A stretch of DNA of 24,000 bases. Source: Alphaproteobacteria bacterium. Lineage in GTDB: Bacteria > Pseudomonadota > Alphaproteobacteria > Rickettsiales > UBA3002. Below, one piece after another: positions 1 to 8,338 of the stretch. The DNA lies in assembly GCA_022841525.1 (NCBI GenBank), contig JALHRI010000011.1, positions 1 through 24,000 on the forward strand, written 5' to 3'. The translations under genes and the position numbers were made by a program. The notes beneath the pieces were generated by a model that had not been told where the DNA came from, did no database searches, and worked only from the letters and a program-made list of their open reading frames with translations. How positions within the stretch are numbered: position 1 is the first letter of the stretch; each line of letters begins with the position of its first letter.

Positions 1-131
1 TTCCTGAATTTGCACCACCAGGCTTCTTCTTGTTGTTCTTCTGTTTTTTCTTCCACGCCGTACATCATGTCGGAATAACAGCCTTGCACCATGAGCATCA
101 GCGCAAGCAACGCAGCGGCACGGGCGGGCAT
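1..131 (-). CDS. 5' part of a putative lipoprotein gene (continues beyond the window edge)
   Basis: My own minus-strand translation from the ATG at 129-131 gives MPARAAALLALMLMVQGCYSDMMYGVEEKTEEQQEEAWWCKFR. This is a hydrophobic signal peptide ending in a lipobox-like VQGC. The gene starts 1 nt after the stop of the upstream NDUFA12-like gene, so it is probably co-transcribed. Confidence 0.4.
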   Translation of the reverse strand, partial: MPARAAALLALMLMVQGCYSDMMYGVEEKTEEQQEEAWWCKFR

Positions 132-132
132 A

Positions 133-495
133 TTACTGCGGCGTCCAGGCGGTGTAATCGGCGCTCGAGGCGGCGCGCTTGGCTTCTGCCTGCAAATGGC
201 CTTTAGGCAAATAGCGGTGCTTGGTGCCGGTTAAATTCGGCAGATGCGGGCGTTGCCAGCGGTAGCGTTTTTTTGCGTCACTCGGCACGCTGTCGGTCGT
301 GTAATGCAGCCATGTATGCCATTCGGCGGGTACTTTGGAAGGCTCAGGCCTGCCATGATAGATCACCCAGCGAGAACGGCGCTGACCTTCTTTCGCCTGC
401 GCGCGCGCCTGGTAATAGCGGTTGCCAAACACATCGCTGCCCACGTAGCTGCCAAAGAAAAACGTATGTAGTCGCGTACCAATGGTGGCGGACAT
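133..495 (-). CDS. NADH:ubiquinone oxidoreductase subunit NDUFA12 (B17.2)-like protein
   Basis: The 120-aa ORF carries the family pattern GSDVFGNRYYQ ... RWVIY ... SKVPAEWHTWLHYTTD, typical of alphaproteobacterial NDUFA12 homologues. It lies 8 nt downstream of rpoD on the same strand. Confidence 0.85.
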   Translation of the reverse strand: MSATIGTRLHTFFFGSYVGSDVFGNRYYQARAQAKEGQRRSRWVIYHGRPEPSKVPAEWHTWLHYTTDSVPSDAKKRYRWQRPHLPNLTGTKHRYLPKGHLQAEAKRAASSADYTAWTPQ

Positions 496-503
496 AAAAA
501 CTC

Positions 504-2825
504 CTAACCGTTATCGAGGAAGGAACGCATTTTGCGACTGCGGCTGGGGTGCTTAAGTTTGCGCAGCGCTTTGGCTTCAATCTGTCGGATACGCTCACGC
601 GTCACCGAGAATTGCTGCCCAACTTCTTCCAGCGTGTGATCGGTGTTCATGCCGATACCAAAACGCATGCGCAGCACGCGTTCCTCACGTGGCGTGAGGC
701 TGGCCAAAATACGGGTGGTGACTTCGCGCAGATTGCTCTGAATCGCAGAATCTACCGGCAAAATCGCGTTTTTATCTTCAATGAAATCACCTAAGCTTGA
801 ATCTTCCTCATCACCCACGGGGGTTTCGAGCGACACCGGCTCTTTGGCAATTTTCATCACCTTGCGAACTTTATCAATCGGCATCACCAAGCGGGTGGCA
901 AGCTCTTCGGGCGTCGGCTCACGCCCCATTTCATGCAGCATCTGGCGACCAGTGCGCACGATTTTATTGATGGTTTCGATCATATGCACCGGAATACGGA
1001 TGGTGCGCGCCTGATCGGCAATGGAGCGGGTGATCGCCTGACGAATCCACCACGTAGCGTAGGTCGAGAATTTGTAACCCCGACGATATTCAAACTTATC
1101 GACCGCTTTCATCAGGCCGATATTGCCTTCCTGAATCAAATCCAGAAACTGCAGACCGCGGTTGGTGTATTTTTTGGCAATCGAAATCACCAAGCGCAAA
1201 TTCGCCTCGATCATTTCTTTTTTTGCACGGTTCGCATCGCGCTCACCCTTGCTTACTGCCATGGCCACGCGCTTAAACTCGCTGATATCCAGGCCGGTTT
1301 CGGTAGCGATTTTGGCGATATCACTACGAAACACCTCCATCGCTTTCTTTTCTTTTTCGGCAAATTCTTTCCAGCCTTTTTCTTTGAGCTTGGCCACATC
1401 TTTCAGCCAATCCGGATCCAGCTCGCGGCCATTGTAATGCTGCAAAAAGCTCTGACGTTTCACGCCGTGTTTTTCAGCGGTTTTTAACAAACCCATTTCC
1501 AGCGCAATCAGGCGCTTATTCAGGCCGTAAAGGCGCTGCATCAACTCTTCCACTTTCATATTATTAAAGCGAATCGAGAGCATGATTTCGACCATCTGGC
1601 TTAAGAGCTCGGGGTATTTTTTACCATCACCGCTGGTGAATTTGGTATCTTCCCCCATCGCCAGGCTTTGCTTTTTTTCCTGTAATTTGCGCAGCTGTTT
1701 GGTCAGTTTGGCAAAGGCATCGAACTTCTCAAGCACTTGCGGCAGCAGCTCATTTTCCATCGCCACCAGTGAAAGCACGGCCTCATCATCGTCGTAATCG
1801 TCTTCTTCCTGTTCTTTGCGGCCACCTTCGAGCGCATCGTACTCGTCGGAGTCTTCGTCTTCATCATCGGTGGCGACTTGCGACTCACGCTCGCGCTGCG
1901 CATCGGCGAATTTTTCTTCCGTACCGGCACCGTAGGTCGCATCCAGATCGATCACTTCGCGCAGCAGCATCTCGCCGTTGCTTAAGCGGTCGCGCCATTC
2001 GAGAATCATGTGAATCACGGTAGGGCTTTCGCACAGGCTGGAGATAATCATCTCGCGGCCAGACTCGATGCGTTTGGCGATTTCAATTTCACCCTCGCGC
2101 GAGAGCAATTCTACATTCCCCATTTCGCGCAAATACATCCGCACCGGATCATCCGAGCGGCCGTAAGATTCTTCCTGCTTCTCGGCGGTTTCCGATTCCA
2201 GCACGAAGCCATCCGCGCTATCTTCATCATCGGTTACTAAGGGCACATCGTCAGATTTGTCTTCGACTTCGGGCAGCTCAATCACTTTTACGCCCTGCTT
2301 GCCCAGACGGCCAATCAGATCATCCAGCGCATCGGGCAAGATTTCTTCAGAAGGCAGGTGTTTATTGAGATCATCATAGGTCAGCACACCGCGGCTTTTA
2401 CCCAGTTTCGTAAGCTTGGTAATCAGCGCATCAGAGACGACAAATGCGGCGGCAGAGGCGGTCTTCGCAGCACCCTTAGCGGCAGGTGCAGGCTTGGCGG
2501 GCTGCTTTTGTGGCGCCGCTTTGACTGGAGCTTTCGTCGCAGCCTCTGGTTTTTTTGCTGCGGGCTTCGCTGCTTTGGTGACGGGTTTTGCTGACGCCAC
2601 TTTCGCCGCTGGCTTGGTCGCGACTTTTTGCTTCGGCGCGGGCACCGGTTTTTTAGCGACGGGCTTTTTTGCAGCTGGCTTCGCCGTTTTGGTGGCGGGC
2701 TTTTTTGACACCGCTTTGGCCACAGGCTTTGCTGCTGGCTTTTTTGCAGCTGGTTTTTTTGCGGCTGGTTTTTTCGACACTGGCGCAGATTTTTTCGGAG
2801 TCGGTTTTTTCGTTGGCATAGTCAC
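504..2825 (-). CDS. rpoD: RNA polymerase primary sigma factor (sigma-70) with a long Lys/Ala/Pro N-terminal extension
   Basis: 773 aa. Region 1.1 is present ([13 protein letters not shown]), followed by an acidic non-conserved region. Region 2 reads [32 protein letters not shown] and region 4 reads [30 protein letters not shown]. It sits directly downstream of dnaG, the classical arrangement. Confidence 0.97.
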   Translation of the reverse strand: MTMPTKKPTPKKSAPVSKKPAAKKPAAKKPAAKPVAKAVSKKPATKTAKPAAKKPVAKKPVPAPKQKVATKPAAKVASAKPVTKAAKPAAKKPEAATKAPVKAAPQKQPAKPAPAAKGAAKTASAAAFVVSDALITKLTKLGKSRGVLTYDDLNKHLPSEEILPDALDDLIGRLGKQGVKVIELPEVEDKSDDVPLVTDDEDSADGFVLESETAEKQEESYGRSDDPVRMYLREMGNVELLSREGEIEIAKRIESGREMIISSLCESPTVIHMILEWRDRLSNGEMLLREVIDLDATYGAGTEEKFADAQRERESQVATDDEDEDSDEYDALEGGRKEQEEDDYDDDEAVLSLVAMENELLPQVLEKFDAFAKLTKQLRKLQEKKQSLAMGEDTKFTSGDGKKYPELLSQMVEIMLSIRFNNMKVEELMQRLYGLNKRLIALEMGLLKTAEKHGVKRQSFLQHYNGRELDPDWLKDVAKLKEKGWKEFAEKEKKAMEVFRSDIAKIATETGLDISEFKRVAMAVSKGERDANRAKKEMIEANLRLVISIAKKYTNRGLQFLDLIQEGNIGLMKAVDKFEYRRGYKFSTYATWWIRQAITRSIADQARTIRIPVHMIETINKIVRTGRQMLHEMGREPTPEELATRLVMPIDKVRKVMKIAKEPVSLETPVGDEEDSSLGDFIEDKNAILPVDSAIQSNLREVTTRILASLTPREERVLRMRFGIGMNTDHTLEEVGQQFSVTRERIRQIEAKALRKLKHPSRSRKMRSFLDNG

Positions 2826-2942
2826 CCTTTACACAAACAAAAACAGGCCGCCACATGGCAGCTGGGATTAAGCAGGCACTTATGCACGCACCTGCAGCGA
2901 AATCAACTGTAAAACAGCGAAAAAACACTTCACGGGAGTTTT

Positions 2943-4790
2943 TTATGACGCTACGCCGCCCAGTGGGTCTTGTTGGTAGAACAGATTGCGTTCGCGGTCG
3001 AGTTGTTCGAACTGGGCCTTGAGCGCTGCCAGCCGTTCAAAATGCGCCTCGCTGACTTCCTGTGCGAGGGCGTTTTCCGCCTGCGCAATATCGGCGAGTA
3101 ACTGACTACGTTGCACATCATTGATCAGCTGCGGCCACAACTGCAGCGCCGTGAGTTCGCGCTGTGTGTAATCCGCCCCGGGGGGGAGTTTTAGCGCCTC
3201 AGATGCCTGAGCAAGCGCGCGCACCGCCTCATTACTCAGCGGGATCGGCGCTGCAGAAGGCTGCAGTTCTGATACGTGTGCTTCGCGAAGCAGTGCGTGA
3301 TGAAGCTGCACCTGCCACGGCTTGGGAAGCGGCAAATTCAGCCACAATGTTTCGCGCTCGCCATCGGCTAAAATGGAGGGATGCCATGCAACCAGCGCGC
3401 AGAGTTTGGTGACTGCCTGCGCCACCTGATCTTCCGGCTTACTGAGTAATTTCGGCAAGGGTTGTGCGGGCATTTTTACAGCGTTGAACTTACCAGCGGA
3501 TGTGCCCGAACCAGCCTGCTGCTGGCGTGCGCGCAGGCGGCTGCGCATCTCATCGCGGTAGTAACGTTTCACGTCGCTGTCGCTAATGCGCTCCAGCCGC
3601 GCCATCAGTTCGCGTTCTTCGCGCGCCCTTCCCTCAGGCGTCGTCGTTGTGGCTGAAAAGGCCTGCTGCCAAAGCACGTCAGCCATGGAACTGGCCGATG
3701 CCAGCACTTCATCTAGCGCGCTGCGGCCTCTGGTTTTAAGCAGTGAATCCGGATCCTCCCCCGCTGGCAGGCGGGCGATGCGCAGGCTTTTTCCGGGCTT
3801 GAGCAGCGGCAGTGCCAGCTCGACAGCGCGGTTCATTGCACGCAAACCCGCATTATCCCCATCGAGGCATAAGACCGGCTCATCGGCCATGCTCCAGCAG
3901 AGCGCAAGCTGTTCTTGCGTAATTGCTGTACCTAGTGGCGCTACCACGTGCTGCAGTCCGGCTTGTACCATGGCCACCACATCCATATAGCCCTCGGCAA
4001 TGACCAACTGGCCGAGCTTCAGCGCTTCTTTGCGCGCACCATCAAGATGGTAGAGCTGGCGGCCTTTATGAAACCACGGTGTTTCCGGCGAGTTGATGTA
4101 TTTGGCAGCCTCATCATTCGCTTCACCCGGCAGTACGCGGCCACCAAAGGCGATCACTCTGCCCTTCGCGTCGCGGATGGGAAACATCAGCCTGCGCCGA
4201 AAACGCGCGTAGGGCGCTTTGCCTTCCACCGCAATCAGCATTCCCATGTCGATCAGGGCGGCGGGTGCGATCCCCTTATCTGCCATCACGCGACTCAGAA
4301 TATCGCGGTCTAGCGGCGCGTAACCGAGACCGAAGCGGCGAATCATCGCCTCATTCACGCCGCGACTATGCAAATAGCTGCGTGCCACCTCGCCCTCGCG
4401 CGACTCATAGAGTGACTTATGCAACCAGTCCGCGACCAGCTGAATATTCCTAAGTGACTGATCTTTCTTTTCTTCCTGCGCCATTAACACCGGATCGGGT
4501 GCTGGCAGAGCCAGGCCTGCCTCTCCGGCGAGTTTTTTGACCGCATCCGGATAGCTAAGATGCTCATATTCCATAGTGAAGCCGATGACATCGCCATGCG
4601 CACCACAGCCGAAACAATGGTAAAATCCCTTCTCGTCATTGATGGTAAAAGACGGTGTTTTCTCGTTATGAAACGGGCACAAAGCCTGATATTCCCGCCC
4701 GGCTTTCTTGACAGTGATCACGCGTCCGATCACCTGCGAAAGCCGCAATCTGGCTTTTAATTCGTCGATAAGGCTTTGGGGAAACTTCAT
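2943..4790 (-). CDS. dnaG: DNA primase
   Basis: 615 aa. It has a CHC2 zinc finger (CPFHNEKTPSFTIN...YHCFGCGAHGD) and a TOPRIM region (VIAEGYMDV, LDGDNAG), and sits upstream of rpoD. Confidence 0.95.
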   Translation of the reverse strand: MKFPQSLIDELKARLRLSQVIGRVITVKKAGREYQALCPFHNEKTPSFTINDEKGFYHCFGCGAHGDVIGFTMEYEHLSYPDAVKKLAGEAGLALPAPDPVLMAQEEKKDQSLRNIQLVADWLHKSLYESREGEVARSYLHSRGVNEAMIRRFGLGYAPLDRDILSRVMADKGIAPAALIDMGMLIAVEGKAPYARFRRRLMFPIRDAKGRVIAFGGRVLPGEANDEAAKYINSPETPWFHKGRQLYHLDGARKEALKLGQLVIAEGYMDVVAMVQAGLQHVVAPLGTAITQEQLALCWSMADEPVLCLDGDNAGLRAMNRAVELALPLLKPGKSLRIARLPAGEDPDSLLKTRGRSALDEVLASASSMADVLWQQAFSATTTTPEGRAREERELMARLERISDSDVKRYYRDEMRSRLRARQQQAGSGTSAGKFNAVKMPAQPLPKLLSKPEDQVAQAVTKLCALVAWHPSILADGERETLWLNLPLPKPWQVQLHHALLREAHVSELQPSAAPIPLSNEAVRALAQASEALKLPPGADYTQRELTALQLWPQLINDVQRSQLLADIAQAENALAQEVSEAHFERLAALKAQFEQLDRERNLFYQQDPLGGVAS

Positions 4791-4888
4791 GTTTTAATTG
4801 AACTCTCGTTCATTGAACGATAATATTGTATTCATGGGTTGACCGCACCCCACCCGCTTCGTATGGTGCCCCTCCCTAATAGAGCGCA

Positions 4889-5653
4889 ATGCTCAAAATA
4901 ACAAGTAACAATCAAGGTAAGCAGATGAGCGTGGGATCACACAGCGACGAGTGCAGCGATATTCCTGAATGGCTTCAGGTCGGTGAAGAAGTATTGCCGC
5001 TCGTCATTCGTAGACATCGTCGCGCAAAACGTATCTGCCTTCGTTACGACCCGACCGGACATGCCGTGAGCTTAACCCTTCCCCGCCATGCGCGTGTGAG
5101 TGAGGGGCTGCATTTCCTCAACCAAAAAAGTGAGTGGCTGATTACTACCCTCACCGAGATGCCGTGTAAAAAGCAGATCAAGCCCGGTGTGGTGATTCCG
5201 CTGTTTGGTGCACGTGTGCGCATCAAGCACGATGAAACGCTGCGCTGCGCCTGGCAACTCAAAGATGACGTGCTCACCGTCTCTGGCAAGCGCGAACATT
5301 TTGAACGCCGCGTGATGGATGCGATTCGTAAAATGGCGAAAAAACATATCAGCGATCTGGCGGCTTATCAGTCGCGCCGCATTGGGCGCATCGTGCGTCG
5401 CATCAGCGTGCGCGATACCCGTAGCCGCTGGGGCAGCTGTTCGTCGACGGGGAATCTTTCGTTCTCATGGCGGCTGATTTTTGCACCCTACGAAGTGTTT
5501 GAATATGTCGTCGCGCACGAAGTTTCGCACCTGCGCCACATGCATCACGGTGAGCGCTTCTGGCAGCTATGCGAATTTTTATGCCCCGGCCACGAAGTGG
5601 CTAAAGAATGGCTGCGCGTACACGGCAAGGAACTCTACCGCTTTAACGCTTAA
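4889..5653 (+). CDS. YgjP-like / M48-family (DUF45) zinc metallohydrolase
   Basis: C-terminal HExxH motif in VVAHEVSHLRHMHHGERFW, preceded by SRWGSCSSTGNLSFSWRL, which is typical of the YgjP/DUF45 family. The start is uncertain: ATG at 4889 or the internal Met at 4925. Confidence 0.8.
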   Translation: MLKITSNNQGKQMSVGSHSDECSDIPEWLQVGEEVLPLVIRRHRRAKRICLRYDPTGHAVSLTLPRHARVSEGLHFLNQKSEWLITTLTEMPCKKQIKPGVVIPLFGARVRIKHDETLRCAWQLKDDVLTVSGKREHFERRVMDAIRKMAKKHISDLAAYQSRRIGRIVRRISVRDTRSRWGSCSSTGNLSFSWRLIFAPYEVFEYVVAHEVSHLRHMHHGERFWQLCEFLCPGHEVAKEWLRVHGKELYRFNA

Positions 5654-5662
5654 GGATTTTTC

Positions 5663-7945
5663 CTAGCGTTTGTCGTTGGGGTATTCGTACTTCACGTCGC
5701 CTGCGGGCAGATCTTCTACCAGTTTTTCAAGAAACCCTTTGGGAAGTGGTGATTCATCTGCCTGTTGCGGCGAGGCAGATTGAGGATCCACTTCCTCAAT
5801 ACGCGGCGCGGCAGATTCTTCCACGACGGGTAGCGGCTCTGGCGCAATCACATTGCCCTGATTATCCTTCACCTCAAACGGTAGCGGCGTCGCCTCGCCT
5901 GAGGGCACTTCTTCCACACCCGGCGGGTTCGCGCCTTCTTCCGGCAGGGCATCGATCCCAAAAAGCCAGGGCAAGAAGCCCCCGCCCGAGCTGCGCGCAG
6001 GCAGCGGTTCTACCGGCATGTCTGCCACCGCTTTGACCATGAAGTCATGCCAGATGGTTGCCGGCAGCGACCCGCCGGTGACTTTGAGCATCGAACGATT
6101 ATCATCATTACCCACCCATACGCCGGTGGCGAGTTGCGCGGTGTAGCCCATAAACCAGGCATCCTTGAATTCCTGACTGGTGCCGGTTTTCCCCGCCACC
6201 TGACGTCCGGGAAGACGGGCGCGCGTGCCCGTGCCACCACTCACCACCCCCATCATCAAATAGTTCATCTGCTCGACAACATCGCTGGCAATCAGCTGGC
6301 GTGGCTCTTTGGCTTTGCGCTCATAGATTTCTTTTCCGGCCAGCGAACGTACACTCAGCACGCCGTAAGGCTTCACGCTCATCCCATGATTTGGCATATG
6401 CGCGTAGGCAGAGGTAAGGCTGATTAAGTTCGTTTCCTTCGAGCCCAGCGCAATGGAAGGGTGGCTTGGTACATTCGAAATCCCCAGACGCATCGCCGCC
6501 TGCGCCACGCGGCTGAAGCCCGCATATTGACCAATACGCACCGCCACCGTGTTAAGCGATTCGCGCATCGCCTGCGCGAGGGTAATCTCGCCCTTAAAGT
6601 CGCGGCCATAATTTTCCGGCGACCAGAGGCGACCATTCACCATCAGCGAAATTGGCGCATCCAGCACCAGCGAGGTTGGGCTTAATCCTGCTTCAATGGC
6701 CGCTAAATACACGAACATCTTAAATGCCGATCCGGGTTGGCGCTGCGCCTGCACCGCACGGTTATAGGGCGCTTTGAAATAATTCGTTCCCCCTACCATC
6801 GCGCGCACGGCGCCATCCGGACTCATCGCTACCAGCGCTCCCTGCGAGGCGCGCATCGCACCGCCTTTCTCGGCAATCACTTGCTGCACCGCGTCTTCTG
6901 CAAGGCCTTGCAAGCGCGGTTGCAAGGTGGTGGTCACCACCACATCTTCCTCCACGCTACCTAGCAGGCCGGGTAATTCTTCCATCACCCAATCGGTGAA
7001 ATAGCGCGCATCATTGCCTTCAGTGGTTTGCACGACCTGTGTGGTTTTCAGATTCACCCGCGCGGTGGCAAGCTCATGATCGTTGAGCATACCCGCATCG
7101 TGCATGTTGACCAGCGCCTGATCTGCACGCTGAATCGCTTTTTCTTTGCTATTGGTGGGTGAATAGCGCGAGGGAGCCTTGAGCATGCCCGCAATCATCG
7201 CCGCTTGCGAGAGATTGAGGCGGTGCCCGTTCGTATTAAAATAGCGCTTTGCGGCGGCATCAATCCCGAACACGCCAGAGCCAAGATAGACGCGGTTTAA
7301 GTAAATCGCCATGATTTCTTCTTTCGAATACCGCGCCTCAAGCGCCAGTGCTAGCAAGGCTTCCTGCAGCTTACGCATGATCGAGCGTTCCGGCGTTAGA
7401 AAGACGTTTTTGGCAAGCTGCTGCGTGATGGTGGAGCCGCCTTGCAGCACTTTCCCCGCGGTCGCATTAACAAAGGCGGCGCGAATAATGCCCCAAATAT
7501 CCACCCCCATATGCGAAAAAAAGCGGCGGTCTTCGGTGGCCAGCACCGCCTGGATCATCGGTCTTGGAATTTCACGGTACGGGATAAAGCGCCCCACCAC
7601 ATCGCCGTAGGTGGCGATCATTTTACCATCTTCGCTTTCAAACGTAATGCCGCGCTCTTTTTTCGCGGCGCTTAAATTGCGAATATCGGGCAGATCCTGC
7701 ACCATGTACAACAGCGCGCCACCGCCCATTAACATCGCCATCATGATCAGATTGCCCAGCGCCCGCCTGAGACGTGAGCGCCGCGCACCCGCACGTTTCT
7801 TGCCCTTCGGCAACGCGCCCGTATAGACGACATTGCGCTGCGCCGGTTTACGTTTTTGCGTGCTCGACGTGCCACGAATGCTCGGCCCGCGAGTGCGAGC
7901 GCCGCGAGCGGGAATAGATGCACGAGGTTTTTTCTTATCGGTCAT
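5663..7945 (-). CDS. mrcA: Penicillin-binding protein 1A (bifunctional glycosyltransferase/transpeptidase)
   Basis: GT51 motifs are present (ATEDRRFFSHMGVD, GGSTITQQLAKN, RKLQE). Transpeptidase motifs are also present: SxxK (SAFKMF), SxN (SLN) and KTG (GKTGTS). I chose the ATG at 7945 (MTDKKKP...); the ORF track begins at a GTG at 7972. There is a basic cytoplasmic tail followed by one TM segment. Confidence 0.92.
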   Translation of the reverse strand: MTDKKKPRASIPARGARTRGPSIRGTSSTQKRKPAQRNVVYTGALPKGKKRAGARRSRLRRALGNLIMMAMLMGGGALLYMVQDLPDIRNLSAAKKERGITFESEDGKMIATYGDVVGRFIPYREIPRPMIQAVLATEDRRFFSHMGVDIWGIIRAAFVNATAGKVLQGGSTITQQLAKNVFLTPERSIMRKLQEALLALALEARYSKEEIMAIYLNRVYLGSGVFGIDAAAKRYFNTNGHRLNLSQAAMIAGMLKAPSRYSPTNSKEKAIQRADQALVNMHDAGMLNDHELATARVNLKTTQVVQTTEGNDARYFTDWVMEELPGLLGSVEEDVVVTTTLQPRLQGLAEDAVQQVIAEKGGAMRASQGALVAMSPDGAVRAMVGGTNYFKAPYNRAVQAQRQPGSAFKMFVYLAAIEAGLSPTSLVLDAPISLMVNGRLWSPENYGRDFKGEITLAQAMRESLNTVAVRIGQYAGFSRVAQAAMRLGISNVPSHPSIALGSKETNLISLTSAYAHMPNHGMSVKPYGVLSVRSLAGKEIYERKAKEPRQLIASDVVEQMNYLMMGVVSGGTGTRARLPGRQVAGKTGTSQEFKDAWFMGYTAQLATGVWVGNDDNRSMLKVTGGSLPATIWHDFMVKAVADMPVEPLPARSSGGGFLPWLFGIDALPEEGANPPGVEEVPSGEATPLPFEVKDNQGNVIAPEPLPVVEESAAPRIEEVDPQSASPQQADESPLPKGFLEKLVEDLPAGDVKYEYPNDKR

Positions 7946-8026
7946 GGCAGGCTTTGCTAGCCGATGCCGCACGTAAGGTCACGAAAAACCTTTGCTTTAG
8001 CATAGACCATGCTAAATAGTGCCGCC

Positions 8027-8338
8027 ATGTTCTCATCCGATACTGACTTTCACAGCGTTGCCACGGCAACCCTGCAAGAGCTTCTCACCAAACTGCAACC
8101 GGCGTTTGATCAAGGCATGCTTGAAGAGCTGGATCTTGAAAACGGCGTGATGCGCATTGAGCACAGCGATGCGCGCAAATGGGTCGTGAACCGGCACGAA
8201 GCCTCAAAGCAGATCTGGCTGGCATCGCCAACGCTGGGCGGCCTGCATTTTTCATGGAATACGCAGCAGCAGCAGTGGCAACTTGCAGATGGTCGCGCAC
8301 TTGCGGAGATACTCATTAGTGACATAGGCCTGTCATGA
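8027..8338 (+). CDS. cyaY: Frataxin-like iron-binding protein CyaY
   Basis: The small acidic protein MFSSDTDFHSVATATLQELL...QIWLASPTLGGLHFSW matches the CyaY/frataxin pattern (E. coli MNDSEFHRLA...QVWLATKQGGYHF, from memory). An alternative ATG lies at 8009. The stop overlaps the next gene's start (ATGA). Confidence 0.8.
   Translation: MFSSDTDFHSVATATLQELLTKLQPAFDQGMLEELDLENGVMRIEHSDARKWVVNRHEASKQIWLASPTLGGLHFSWNTQQQQWQLADGRALAEILISDIGLS

Noticed and set aside
2416-2871. 151-aa plus-strand ORF rich in A/G/F opposite the rpoD 5' end
   Set aside because: It is an antisense artefact of the repetitive Lys/Ala/Pro-coding tract (AAA/GCN/CCN read as TTT/NGC/NGG). The rpoD frame is continuous with conserved sigma regions.
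4797-4820. Possible alphaproteobacterial SOS (LexA) box upstream of dnaG, because of repeated GAAC motifs
   Set aside because: The known consensus is GAAC-N7-GAAC (GTTC-N7-GTTC), whereas here the GAAC tetramers are separated by 11 nt.
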